A DNA stretch of 64,000 bases from the human T2T-CHM13v2.0 reference genome, Homo sapiens. Position numbers and translations under genes: made by a program. The number at the start of each line of letters is the position of its first letter. Positions within the stretch are counted from its first letter, which is position 1. The notes under the pieces were generated by a model. That model saw only the letters and a program-made list of their open reading frames with translations, did no database searches and was not told the DNA's origin. Below, piece by piece: positions 30,760-46,989 of the stretch. Where the stretch lies: the NCBI RefSeq assembly GCF_009914755.1, contig NC_060929.1. One strand, written 5' to 3'.

Positions 30760-30910
30760 CATATCACCTCAAGGGCTTAAAAACATCCTGAAGTCCAGGC
30801 TCCTCACCAGACCAATAAAATAAAATTTCAGATTGTGGCATCCAGGTATTGGCATGTTCTCAAAATTCCCCAGGTGTTTCTAATTTGTGGCTGGGTCAAG
30901 AACCACAGAT
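30760..30910. mobile_element. MER5-type hAT MITE
   Basis: atcacct...gggctt; ccccaggtgtttctaat...gaaccacag. Confidence 0.55.
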
Positions 30911-31135
30911 GGAACAGACCCTGGCTCTCCCTGAGAGCTCAGCTGCCTTAAGTGGTGGCTGTGTTCACTTCCTGCCGCCTCCGCACCATGGGCCTAAAGG
31001 TGTCGTGGGCTCCTCTCTCCTCTCGGCTCCCCCTTGTCACTGCCATTCTCTTCTCCATCATTGTTCCTGTAAAACCTTCAGGCTTTAAACCTCATGTCTT
31101 CAAAGTGCACCTCCTGGCCACCAGGTCACCCCTGA

Positions 31136-31483
<348 letters not shown>

Positions 31484-31728
31484 CACTGCTCCTGTCTTAA
31501 TTCTCAGTGTTTTCAATATCCAAACAGATAGATGGACCTTCTGAGACTCTGATCCCCTGTCCTCTAATCCCCTGTCTTCCATCTCACCTCAGCTGTTCCT
31601 TGTGATGGTCTTGCACCATCCATGGTCTCAGCGTCCAATAACTCCTCGACCACTCACCACTTATCACTTGCCATCTTTCCAGCTCACCCTCACTAGGACC
31701 CAGACCCCAGTTATCCTTGAAGCCCTGA

Positions 31729-32056
<328 letters not shown>

Positions 32057-32374
32057 AAGCCCTGGATCTTATCTCCTCTCTGCTGTCTCACCTCCTCTCT
32101 TCTCACCTTTTCCAGATTCCATTCCAAAGTCAATCAGTGGAATCAATCATTTGCATCTACCCTTAACCCTCTTGACTTTCTCATAACTTGCAGCATCCAC
32201 TTGGTCAACCTTCAACCCAGGTTCAATACAGCTGCCTGTTCTGCACCAGATCCTGTGCACTGACCGTGATGGGACAGAAACACAGCCATACTAATGGCCT
32301 TCCAGTAAAGTCACCATCATTAAGCACAAATGGGTTTTCCATTTGGCTGAGCAAGCCTACTATATTTCTCTTGT

Positions 32375-32560
32375 CTGGTGGGTCTCAAGGATGGTCCCTG
32401 AACCAGCAGCATCAGCATCATCTGGGAACTTGTTAGAAATGCAAATTCTCAGACCCCATGTCAGACCTACTCAATCATAATACTCTGGGGGTGGGCCCAG
32501 CACTCTACTTTAACCAAGCCTCTGGTGAGTCTGATGCATGGGCCCCAGTATATACCATTG
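32375..32560. mobile_element. MER5A
   Basis: ccagcagcatcagcatcatctgggaacttgttagaaatgcaaattctcag. Confidence 0.85.
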
Positions 32561-33533
32561 CTAGAATCTGTTTCCCCTCCCTCTCTCCAAGATGAATATT
32601 TCATGCCATCTCTTCTCCCTGCTGACGTCTAATACTTCCTCACCCCTCCTCACATTCAGCTAGCTTCCTTATACACTAAGAACATAGGAAAAATCAGAGG
32701 AACTTCCACAAGCTCCCACACCACACCTCTGCCTCCTCTTACTGCACCTGTACCCACACATGCTGCCTGCTTTCTTTTATTGAGGACACACTGGCCATCT
32801 GGCCTTAAAACCAGGCCCCACGACTTCCCTGGTCCAAGCTGCCACCAACTCTCCACTGGATAGTGGCAAAAGCTCCCTAACCAGTCGCCTTACATCTGCC
32901 CTTGCCCCTCTCCCCAACTTTGCCCAGCCAGAATGACTCCATCAAAATGCAATTCACATTCTTCCTTTGCCCAAAACCCCTCAGTGATTCTTCATCTCAC
33001 TCAGAGTAAAGGCCTATACCTACAGGGCCCTGTGTGATCTGCCTACACCTTTGTTAACCTGTCTGACCTCATCTTCTCCCACGGTCCCCACCCTGTCCAC
33101 CTGCTCCCACCACACTGGCCTCTTGCTTGTCCTCAGACATTCTGGGCATGCTCCCACCTCAGGGCCTCCACACTTGCCGTTCTTCCCAGCCCCACATATC
33201 TGTACAGCCAGCTCTCCAATATCCTTCAAGTTTTTACTCCATGTCATCTTAGCAGGGGGGCTTTTCCCAGCCACCTATTATAGTTTCAACTACTGACCCT
33301 TCCATATGTCTTCTCTGCTTTTTTTTTTCTCCTAGTCCTTAGCACTATCTAATAGACTACATATTTGGCTTTTAAAATCTTGTTTACTCTCTGTCTCCTG
33401 GGTGGAGCATAAAGTCCATGATGGCAGAAATATCTTACACTTTTCTTCTCCATCGCAGTGCCCAGCTGAGTGCCAGGCATAGAAGTGGATCAGTGAATTA
33501 AGACCATCAACCTCATCAACGATTCTCTTCCTC

Positions 33534-34137
<604 letters not shown>

Positions 34138-34964
34138 TCCCTTTCTATTTTCCCTCTAGCTAAGAGAACAAGCTTCCACTATAATCCCCTTAGGTGGAGT
34201 TGTTTTCTGTCCCTCTCCCCTTGTACCAAGAGGACCAAGCGGAAGGTGGTGACCCCTGCTCCCCATCACCACACCCAAGCCACTCTCCTTCCCTTCTCTA
34301 CGCCCCCTTGCTTAGCAATTCACATCATCAGACTAGTCCATCTTGCCCCTGTATCCTGTGGACCCCCAGGGTTTTCCCCTCACTCCTAGAAGAGCTGAGT
34401 TGGTGCCTTGCTGTTGCAATTCCAACATTGCTTCATCAGAATTCTTGGTGATTTTGCTGTCTTGGTAGATGATTCATCCAAGACCCAGGTTTTTCAGTTC
34501 CTTAAAGTCCTATCCAACAATCGTATTCTCCACCCTAACTCAGCCACTTACTCTGTGGCCAAAACTCAGACTCTGTTGTTACTGATAATTGCAAACCATC
34601 CATTTCAGGAATCGCATGCTGTGACCAACAACACTGTCTTGCCAGCTCACCCCTCAGGCACCCCAACTTCAGCAACCACCCTACTCCATTGGGTCCTCCA
34701 TCCATTGATCCCTCCACCTTTTCACTGCCTCGCCCACCGCTGTCATGCCCGTGCTACACACAGTGCAGATTCCATGGCTCACCATTAAATCCTTTGGTTG
34801 TACACAATCTCCACTAGGCTGCCTACTCTCGATTCATGATTTTTACCCAGCAAAAACCCAGCCCTTATCAAAGGCAACATTCCACCTACTCAGCACCTGC
34901 GCAACCAGAGGGCACAATAAAATGATACAAATCCATGCCGATGGCCTCACTTTAAATCAATCAC

Positions 34965-35200
34965 AATAGCTATTCTCATAGTGCTCTCCATGGGCAAGGT
35001 ACCATTATAGGTGCCTGACATACAGTAAGTCATTTAATCCTCACGACAACCTTATGAGATACTACTATTATCATCCTCATTTCAAGATGAGAAAACTGAA
35101 GCACAGAAAGGTTAAAGACTTGTCCAAGATCACACAGCTGGGTGGAGGAATTAGAACAGAACCGGCAATTCAGCCCCAGAATTGATACTCAGGACCACTA
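34965..35200 (-). mobile_element. MIR
   Basis: tcatttaatcctcacgacaacc...gatgagaaaactgaagcacag. Confidence 0.85.
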
Positions 35201-35491
35201 CACTGGCCTCTCGGGATCCATGAACTTCACACACCGCTGTTGTCGAGCATTTCTCCCACAATTCCTTTGGCCAGCCTTCTCACATGAGACCTGGCATCAG
35301 ATCCACCTGGAGGGTTTGTTAAGAACAGATGGCTGGACCCCATTCTCTGGGCTTCCAAATCCATGACAAGAAAATGTGGGCTGATGATGAGCCTTTCCAA
35401 CAACTGCCCAGGCGGTGCTGCTGTACAGTTCAGTGACATTAATTACATTCACACTGTTGTGCAACCATCACGACTGTGTCCTAATGTTTTA

Positions 35492-35821
<330 letters not shown>

Positions 35822-36098
35822 TTATATATAATGTAGACTATATAGTTTATGATCTATTTATATATCTATATTTTTATGTACCTGGATATATAGAATTTAT
35901 ATATTTTTATATACAGAAAATCCCAAAGAATCCACAAGAAAGTTGCTAGAGTACAGCTTCCTATTGTCTCTTGCCTGGGCATGTTTTGCCTCCATTCCTC
36001 CACCCAAAATGCTCTTTCAAGGTCTCTGATCTCCATCTTGCTAAAGCCAATGGTCAACACTTAGTCTGCATCATCTGATATGGTTGATCATTCCTTCG

Positions 36099-36415
36099 TC
36101 TTTCTTTCTTTCTCTTTTTTTTGAGATGGGGTCTCTGTTGCCCAAGCTGGAGTGCAGTGGCGTGATCATAGCTCGCTGCAGCCTTTGAACTCCTGGGCTC
36201 AAGAGATCCTCCTGCCTCAGCCTCTCAGATAGCTGGGACTATAGACAAATGCCATCATGTCTAATTTTTTTTTTTGAAATTTTTTTTTTTTTTTTGTAGA
36301 AACAATGTTTTGCTTTGTTGTCCAAGCCATTCTCAAATTCCTGGCTTCAAGTGATCCTCCCGCTTCAGCTTCCCAAAGTGCTAGAATTACAGGCATGAGA
36401 CACTACACCCAGACC
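36099..36415 (-). mobile_element. AluJ
   Basis: Antisense diverged Alu. Confidence 0.88.
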
Positions 36416-36727
36416 CCTTGCTCTTTTTAACAGTATCTTTGGTTTCCAGCATCACAGTCTCTTGATTCTCTTCTAGCTCTGTAGCAACCACTTACTTTTC
36501 AGTCCTCCTCATCGTCCACAATCCAAATACCAGAGTGTCCCAGGACTCAGTCTTCAGACTCTCCCCTTCTTTATTTGAATTCTTCCCCCTTGTGATCTCT
36601 CTAGAACCATGGCTTAAAAGCCATCTATAGACTGAGGACTTCTAAATTTATATCGTCAGTCCAGAACTCTTCTCTGAACTCCAGACTCATACATTCAACT
36701 ACCCATTTGCCATCTCAACTTAGTTGT

Positions 36728-37164
36728 TGATGACAGTCCTCAAAAGAATATGTCTACATCAAATGTCTGGAACCTGTGAATGTGGCCTTATTTGGAAAAA
36801 GGGTCTTTGCAGATGTAATTAAGGGTCTTGAGGTGAGAAGATCTCTAAGAGGGTCCCTAAGTCAAATAGAAGTGTTCTTATAAGACACAAAGAGAGGAGA
36901 ACCACTCAGAAGAGGAGAAGGCTGTGTGACCAAGGAGGCAGAGACTGCAGCAATGCAGCTGCAAGTCAAGGAATGCTGATGGCCACCAGAAGCTGGAAGA
37001 GGCAAGGAACAGAATCCAACCAAGATCCTTCAGAGTAAGCGCGGCCCTGCTGCTGACATGTAGATGTCAGACTCTGGGTTCCAGAACTGTGGGAGAATCC
37101 ATTTCTGTTGTTTTAAGCCACAGTTTGTGGTAATCTGTTATGGCAGCTCTAGGAAACTTACACA
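36728..37164 (+). mobile_element. MLT1C-type solo LTR
   Basis: gaatgtggccttatttggaaaaagggtctttgcagatgtaatt; ccaccagaagctggaagaggcaagg; near-TSD gttgt/gatgt. Confidence 0.88.
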
Positions 37165-37385
37165 GATGTTTTATAGACATCTCTGACACAATGTTTCTCA
37201 AAACAAACTCTATTTACTCACCTCCTGCTCCCATCCACAGAGCCTGCTCCTCCCACTCCTCCCAGGAGCAGTGTTTCCCATCCTGGTGAAGGGCAATTCC
37301 AGCCTTAAAGTTGCTCAGGCAAAAACCTTTATGTCAGTGTTGACCCTTCACTTTCCGTCACAGGCCACATCCAAATACTCAGTGA

Positions 37386-37852
<467 letters not shown>

Positions 37853-38314
37853 GCTGGGATTATTAAACTAATCTCCTGTCTCCCTCTTTTGTCATTGCCC
37901 CTCACAGTCTATTCTCAAATAGTAGCTGGAGGAATGCTGTTATAATTGAAACCAGACTTCATCGCGCATCTGCTCAAAGCCCTCCAATTATTTCACGTCT
38001 CACTCAGCATAAAAGCCAAGTGGTTACCAGTTCTGCAGGGCCCTACATGATCTGGGTGCTTGTAACCTTTCTGAGGTCATCACCTGCCACTCTCTTCCTG
38101 TTACTCTGCTCCTTGAGCCAACCATGTTGACTCCCACCTCAGGGACGTTGCATTGAGAATGTCGGGGGTTGGGAAGGAGCTGGTAGAGCTCCTTCCAACA
38201 AAATGTTGCCAGGTTACATTTTGTGCCATTGGAGATTTGTAGGCATGAATTGAAAGTAGGCCCAATCAGCACAGTTACGTGTTCTTCTTAATATTTAGTT
38301 GGAAATGAGTGAAT

Positions 38315-39083
38315 TGTGAACAAATGTGAACCTGAAAGAACCAATCCTTCAAGATAGATCCTGAGTGGCTAACTGGGCCTAAATTTAAAATAGAGCCAAA
38401 TGACCATTTGCTGACTACAGATCACACACATACTCTGAGTTCTGCAAACACCCCTCACCTCTGTTTAATTTTGGGACTTTCAGGGCTCACCTCAACCAAC
38501 CAGAGCTCACCTACTTCAGCCAATCAGGGCTCAGCTGTATCAATCAAGCAGAACTCAGCTGTATCAACAATTCAGAACTAAGCAAGTTTGAATCCTTCAT
38601 TTGCATAAACATGTTTGATTGGAAACCTATGTGGGAACTTTTTCTATAAAAGCTAAACCTGGCTCACTCCTGTAGTCCCAGCACTTTGGGAGGCCAAGGC
38701 GGGTGGGTCATTTGAGCCCAGAAGTTGGAGGCCACCCTGGGTAACATGGTGAAACCCCGTCTCTACAAAAAACACAAAAAAGCTAACTGGGTGTGGTGGC
38801 ATGGGCCTGTAGTCTCAGCTATTTGGGAGGCTGAGGCGGGAGAATCTTGAGCCCAGAGAAGGTTGCAGTGAGCTGAGATCACGCCACTGCACTCCGACCT
38901 GGGTGACAGAGTGAGACCCTGTCCCCCCAACTCCCCCACCCCCCAAAAAAAGTCAAACCTTCTCTTTGTCTCTGGAACGTATCTTCATTTTACACTAAAG
39001 GCTGTGTCCTCTTGGTTTGTAAACTGTTCACTGAAATAAAGCCTGTTTCCTCCAAATTCCTTTTTAGAGAACTTTTATTCACA
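38315..39083 (+). mobile_element. ERV1 solo LTR (MER67-like) with Alu insertion
   Basis: Inverted termini tgtgaa...ttcaca; 4-bp TSD gaat (38311-38314 / 39084-39087); TATA and AATAAA in LTR order; subfamily name uncertain. Confidence 0.8.
38661..38950 (+). mobile_element. AluJ (5'-truncated) in the LTR
   Basis: aaaagctaaacct / aaaagtcaaacct flanks. Confidence 0.88.
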
Positions 39084-39320
39084 GAATGAAGAAAGAGAAG
39101 GATTGGGTTTGGTTGGATTAAGGTTTTGCTAGGAAAGAATGATGAGAGAAAAGGGCAAGAATGTAAGGGCTATTTGTATAAGGGAATGATTATAATCTTG
39201 GCCCATGAGATCTCAGATGGGTAAGAAGGACTTAGGTAATGCGTATAAAGCACTTACCATAGGGCCTGGCACATTTTAAAAGCTCAGTAACTGTATTCAT
39301 CCTATGTATACTAAAACTAC

Positions 39321-39620
39321 TCTTCTTCTTCTTCTTTTTTTTTGAGACTAAGTCTGGCTCTGTCACCCAGACTGGAGTGCAGTGGCGCGATCTCAGCTCA
39401 TTGCCACTTCCACCTCCGGGTCCAAGCGATTCTCCTGCCTCAGCCTCCTGAGCAGCTGGGATTATAGGCACCTGCCACCATGCCCGGCGAATTTTTGTAT
39501 TTAGTAGAGATGGGGTTTCACCCTGTTGGCCAGGCCAGTCTCGAACTCCTGACCTTGTGATCCACCCACCTCGGACTCCCAAAGTGCTGGGATTCCAGGC
39601 ATGAGCCACCGCACCCAGCC
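39321..39620 (-). mobile_element. AluSg-like
   Basis: TSD taaaactactctt. Confidence 0.93.
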
Positions 39621-39973
39621 TAAAACTACTCTTAAACCTCAAAAAGACCTGGCAAAATTAACCACAGTGCCATGCTCTAGCCTAGCACTTGCAATTAAAC
39701 CTCAATCTCTATAAACAAGAGATGGCTTTGAAGATAGAGCAATAAAATCCAAGACATGGATAATACTTAAGAAATGTGCATATATATATAATTTATATAT
39801 ATATGGTATAAACAAATCAAATGTATAATTGCCAGAGTGAAAGTGATTATCACTTTGTAACTCTATATAATGAGCAACATGCAAAACAAAAAAAAAAAAA
39901 ACAAAAAAAACGCCAAAACCCCAAAACACATCCAAACACGTTCTTCAATTTAAATACATTAAGATTTACTTAC

Positions 39974-40259
39974 TCCTCCAAGTGTTTGTAATATTTCAGT
40001 ACCATTTCAGCCTCATAATATTGTGGTTTTCTTTTAGACGTATGCCTCATTTTCCAAATCTTTGTCGACTTGCTTTCAGTTATCCATTAGTGCTGACACA
40101 GAAAGTGTTTTTTCATCTGTTACTCATATCTGCCAAGTTGCAAGCTGTGGTTGACTAATTGGAAACACACAACCAAATGGATCAACTTTATCAGCGTGTT
40201 CCAGGTACTCAAGGCCACGGCCCATTTTCCTCAAGCTTCAATATGATTCAAAGATTTGG
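39974..40259 (-). other. Candidate distal upstream exon of CCNJL
   Basis: Acceptor tgtttttctcag| (40261/40260) and donor GGA|GTAAGT (39973); ATG 40050 ORF ends in phase 2, in frame with CCNJL exon 2. Confidence 0.45.
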
Positions 40260-41256
40260 CTGAGAAAAACATTTTATTTTTATGTTCATACAAATAGAGA
40301 TGTTAATAAGGAGAATGTCAAAATCACATATATTCGAAAGATTAAAACACATCAGCAAAATTCACGAGCTGGGCCATGGATCAAGAAATCAACAGATGGG
40401 AGTTATAGTAGGAGGTGCCATCTGCCAATTCAAGGTCCCGCTAATTTAGGACTAAGACAAACCCTCTGTGACAACACTGTGGTGGAGGGAATTATTTCTA
40501 CATTTTTGAGCCGAGCACCTGGGTGGATGGAGTTGCCAGTTATTAAAATGAGGGAGTTGGGGCTGGAACAGTTTCAGGTTCAAGCCCCTGATGGTTTAAT
40601 TCCAACTGCAGGAGCCTCAATTTCATTATCTATGAAATGGATGCCCATTTGCAATTTCCTCAATCCTATTATTGATTTTTTGGCATTTCTGCTATTGAGA
40701 ATGTGTCTTAATTAATAAATTAATCCATTTGAAGGGTCTTTTAACAGACAAATTTTAAAATTGAAAGCATTTCTTTTACATGGTGTTGATTTAAAATGTA
40801 ACAAAGAAGACAGGACCTGGCTCATGAGGTTGCTGTGAGGATTCAATTTGTTAAAGTGTGGGGTTGTCTGTAAAGCATTTCGGAGTGTCTGGACCCTAGG
40901 GCCGATGAGGGCAAGTGAGAAGGGCTGCAGCCTGAGTGAGGATGTTCCACTTCCTACTCCTGTGTGTTGCTAAGATCTCCACCATCACCTCACCGAACCT
41001 GAGCAGAAAAAGCCCAGGAAAAGCATCCCCATCCTACTCTGGGGGATTATTTCTTATTTATAGTTTGTTCAGAGATATGCATTTCTCTTGAGCTGTTTCC
41101 TACCCTGCCCCCCTTTTCTTGTTACTCACTATGAAACCTACTTCAGGACAAGGTCAGATTCTGACCCACACAATCAGCATCTCTGCAGGGGGATCTTGAG
41201 TTCACATTTATTTCCTGTTTACATGTGAGTGTTTTATTGTACAAGACACTCCAGGG

Positions 41257-41553
41257 GGCTGGGCAAGGTGGCTCATGCCCTGTAATCCCAGCACTTTGGG
41301 AGGCTGAGGTGGGTGGATCACTTGAGGTCTGGAGTTTGAGACCAGCCTGGGCAACATGGCAAAACCCCTTCTCTACAAAAAGGACAAAAATTATCTGGAC
41401 ATGGTGGCAGGTGCCTGTAATCCCAGCTACTCAGGAGGCTGAGGCAGGAGAATTACTTGAACACGGGAGGTGGAGGTTGTGGGGAGCCAAGATCACTGCA
41501 CTCCAGCCTGGGCGACAGAGCAAGACTCCATCTTAAAAAAAAAAAAAAAAAAA
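41257..41553 (+). mobile_element. AluS/J
   Basis: Full Alu; actccaggg on both flanks. Confidence 0.9.
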
Positions 41554-41599
41554 GACAACAGCAAAACTCCAGGGACCACCGTCAGGTCAATGGTCCATA

Positions 41600-42054
41600 A
41601 ATGCCATCCATGATCTCTCTGACCAAGGACTCTAGCCATGGTGGCCTCTTGGCTATTCCTTCAACCCACCAGGCTTACTCTTGCTTCAGGTTCAGATATT
41701 TCCACTGCCTGAAATGCTCCCTGCTACCTTCCACCCCTACCCTCATATATTCTCATCTCACTTTCTAAAAGGACTGTACTCAAATGTTGCCTTTGCAGTA
41801 ACAGCTTCCCTAACCACCCCCATAAAGCTGTAATCCACCCTTAACCAGCACCCCCATTTTCTCCCCTACTTTATTTTCTCTCCGTAGCACTTTGACCATC
41901 TAACCCCATTTTATTTTATGTTTACTTGGTTTATTGCCAGTCTCTGTATTAGAATGTAAGTTCCACGAAGGCAGGAATCCTTCTCTGTCTTGTTCACTGC
42001 TTTATCTCCAGGGCCCAGAACAGAGCCTGGCATATAAAGGTCCTCAGTAAGTGC
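41600..42054 (+). mobile_element. L2 3' end
   Basis: tagaatgtaagttccacgaaggcagg...tgttcactgctttatctccagggcccagaacagagcctggcata. Confidence 0.85.
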
Positions 42055-42489
42055 TGTTAAATAAAATGTGTAGGAGGCCATTGGTTTAGACTGAACTCCT
42101 GCGTTAGGCCCAACTGAATAAACCAAAATGGGATCAGTCATGCTGAAGTTCCATGTCACCCAGCCAAAACTAAGTTGTTTATCTGACCTTCCCAGAAATC
42201 AGGAGAGACAATAGCCAAATTTCTAAACAAGCTAGTTTTAGCTGGTATGATAAGGAAGTCCTCTCTTCTTTAACCTTCACAAGGAAAGTAACTTTGAAGC
42301 AACCCATCCGCTTTTTGCTTTCTGTTTCTGCTTTCCTCAGCCCTTTTAGGTCTATAAAACCAACATTCTCTGCTCCGATTCTAGGAACACTCATTCTGGT
42401 TTACGGAATATGAGGTATTGCCTGATTCTAGAATTGCAAATAAAAGCCAATTAAGATCTTTAAATTTGTCAAAATTTTGTCCTTTGACA
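42055..42489 (+). mobile_element. MER31A-type (ERV1) solo LTR
   Basis: tgttaaataaaat...ggaggccattggttt; aataaaagccaattaagatcttt; ends ttgaca. Confidence 0.8.
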
Positions 42490-43539
42490 GCATTTATTTC
42501 AATAACTCGTCTTTTACGTATTCAGCATTTCCCTTCTTCAAGTTGGGATTTGGGGCCAAAAGGGATGACTACTTTTTATAATTTTTCATCTAGGTTGTTT
42601 CAGTGTATCAATAGTTTGTTTCTTTTTATTGCTGAGTGGTATATCATGGTATGGATGCATCACAGTTTGGTCAACCAGCAAGTACAAAGGCCTGGAGTGG
42701 GGAATGAGCTTGCCACCCCTTCAAGTGACAGGAGACCAGGTGGCTAAAGAGAAAGAGGTTATTTATCACACTAGGCTCTGAGCAGCAGAACCTCAAGAAG
42801 CTAAGGAGCCATAGAGGGCAGGTGAAGGATGTTCCTTGAGGTTTTTTTCATAACTCAGTTCTCAAGCTCAGTCTCATCTGACCTCCACAGGAACTTTGCC
42901 TTGGGAGGAACCCCGCCCCCCACCCCATACCTTCCACAGCTCCTGACACTCTCAAAGGAGTGGATCAGATCCTGGCCAACAGCCAGCAGCATCCAGTCCT
43001 GGCAGTGCCAACTGTGGGTCAGCTGACTTCATTTCTTCTCCTCTCACTGGTCTGCAGGCTTGGTCTGCGTCAGAGGGAAGATGGTGGGCAGGGTGCGGAG
43101 ATACAGCCCTGAAGACTCTGCTCTCCCTGACTGGCCACGGGAGCTGACACAGTATTACCAAGGTCCCTCAGGCTCCATCTGTCAGTTCCAGAAATTCAGT
43201 CACCTTGGAGAAAGCCTTCTGGCAGCAGAACTGGTGAATCATAAAGTCAAAAAAAAATCCAAGCTAGAAGGGAACTCAGAGATCACTGAGTCCAGCCAGA
43301 GAGATGGCTATTCCCTGCAACAGCTCTCTCAAGTGTTTTACGAGCTATCTGCCTATGAGTCTCAATGTGGCTGCACCACAGACTCAGCTGGGGAGTTTCC
43401 AAAAATTCCCAATGTCCAGGCTGTACTCCAGACTAATTGCATTAGAGTCACTTGGTGGGTGGGAGACAGGATTAGAAGTCTTACCACTCCACCCAGGTGC
43501 AACCACGGTTAGAACCAGAGTTGTGGTCCCTGGCAGCCT

Positions 43540-43812
43540 GGATGTCAGAGGGCTGTAGTCATTATGACCATGACCTCTGAGGTCTGAAGGACTTGGATTT
43601 GAGCTCCTGCTGTGCAACTTCTCCAACTGGGTAACCTCAGTCAACTTTCTGAACCTCTTCTAGCCTCTATTTCTTCATCTGTGGAAAGTGGATCATCGTA
43701 ATACACCTACCTTACATGTTGTTCTCAAGGCCAAACGTATTAATCCATGAAAAGCACACAGTGTTTCATTCCTAGTAAGAACTCAGTAAATGTTAGTTTT
43801 TATTGTTATTAC
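43540..43812 (+). mobile_element. MIR
   Basis: tttcttcatctgtggaaagtggatc...ctcagtaaatgttagtttttatt. Confidence 0.7.
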
Positions 43813-43850
43813 TTTCCCAAGGTCTAGCATTCTATTAGAAAGCTCTTCTG

Positions 43851-44198
<348 letters not shown>

Positions 44199-45062
44199 CT
44201 ATAGCTGCAAGAGTGGTCTTCTCAAAACCCAAGTCTGCTTATGTCACTTGCCCCCTTAAAATCATTCTGTGGTTTCCTGTTATTCTCATGGTCAAGATAG
44301 CCATCTTTAGTTTGACCTATCAGCCTTCAAGGTCTGGGCTCTGCCCCCTCATCTTCTCCCCTTGCACACTTTGCCCCCATGACCTGGGGAGGGGCTTCTT
44401 TGATTCCTCTCCTGTGTCATGCCCTGCCCCACCACGGGGCCTTTGCCTGCCATGCCCCTCCCTGGAAAGCCCTCTCCATCCAGCTTCCCTTGCCAACTCC
44501 CACTTGCCCTTCAGCTCTGCTGTTACTCCACCAGTGCTACTCCCTGACAGTCTCACCAGGACTCCCAGTCTTCTCTCCTCAAGGTTGAACAGCCAACACT
44601 CCTACGGCAGGTGGCACTTCTAGACCCTCCACACCCTCCTCGGTTTCAGGTTGTAGGATGCCTAGAACCAGACTCAACATCAGGGAATGAGGAGCTTTTC
44701 AAAAGTGATTTGCCCATCTAGTTCTGCCAAGTGACAGGAAACTGATGAGGTTGAGGATTAATGCCCCGTTAGCCTTTCACCTCTGAGGCCCTTGATCTCC
44801 ATGTCTTGAAGCTCACACATTAAGTGTGTTTTATGGGATAAGAGAGCCCCAAATAGAATATGGACATTTCACACGAGGAAGCCATTTCGGACCGCTGTCA
44901 GCATCAGCTTGAAACCCACTTGAGGTGGAGATAAATGACTGTCGGAAGTTTGCAACGGCATCAGCAAAAATAAACACCTGTGATGAGGTTGAACTCTTCA
45001 TTATTGTTTTTAAGTCAGGGCCAATCTGAGGCAAAAGTATAAAGTAGATGGAGAATGTTTAA

Positions 45063-45608
<546 letters not shown>

Positions 45609-46291
45609 TGAGGACAGCTGTGGAAATGACACCGGGACAAGGGAGGCACACAAAATGTCCTCCCTTGAAGGGCAGAACTCGAGTCTTTCCTGTGTTAGTT
45701 TTCCCCTCAGCCCGGCCCAGAGCTTGGCAAAGCCGGCTGTGGGTTAGAATCGGCTGAGGAGCTTTTATGAAAGCGCATGGAAGCTGTCCCCGCAGGAGGT
45801 TCGGCTGCTGAATGAGGTTGTGGTGCCAGATAGATCTGACTCCTCACCTGGTTTGGGGACCCCGGGTGCATTCTTCAGCCTTGCCTCAGTGAGTGCTCAG
45901 GACACGTCTGCTGAATTGAAAGAGACCTTCAATGGACTGAACAACAACCTGCTTTCTGGCAGGCAATCTAGAAAATAGCCTGAGACCGGGGTGTATCTCC
46001 CAGCCTCCATGCCGCAGGCCGGGAGGTTTGTGTAGTCGACGTTCTCCCCCTAGTGGCCTGAGTGAAGATGACAGGCAGGAGGGAAAAAAAGCCTTTTCAC
46101 CTGCGAGGCCTGGCTGCCAAGGGCTCCCGAGCTGCGGATGGACACCAGGATCCAGCTGCTCTTCCATGACTCGCCCTCCCTTACCTCGCCCTGATCCCGG
46201 CCCTGTCAGATCTCATCTTTACTTAACATTCTGATATTTTGTTTATCATAGAGTTTTTGGGTTATTTTTGATTTATTAAAATATTGTATTA

Positions 46292-46605
<314 letters not shown>

Positions 46606-46613
46606 TTATTTCT

Positions 46614-46989
<376 letters not shown>

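Noticed and set aside
40410-40430. CTCF-like motif (TTGGCAGATGGCAC, minus strand)
   Set aside because: The 5' half lacks the CC of the consensus; too weak to call without ChIP data
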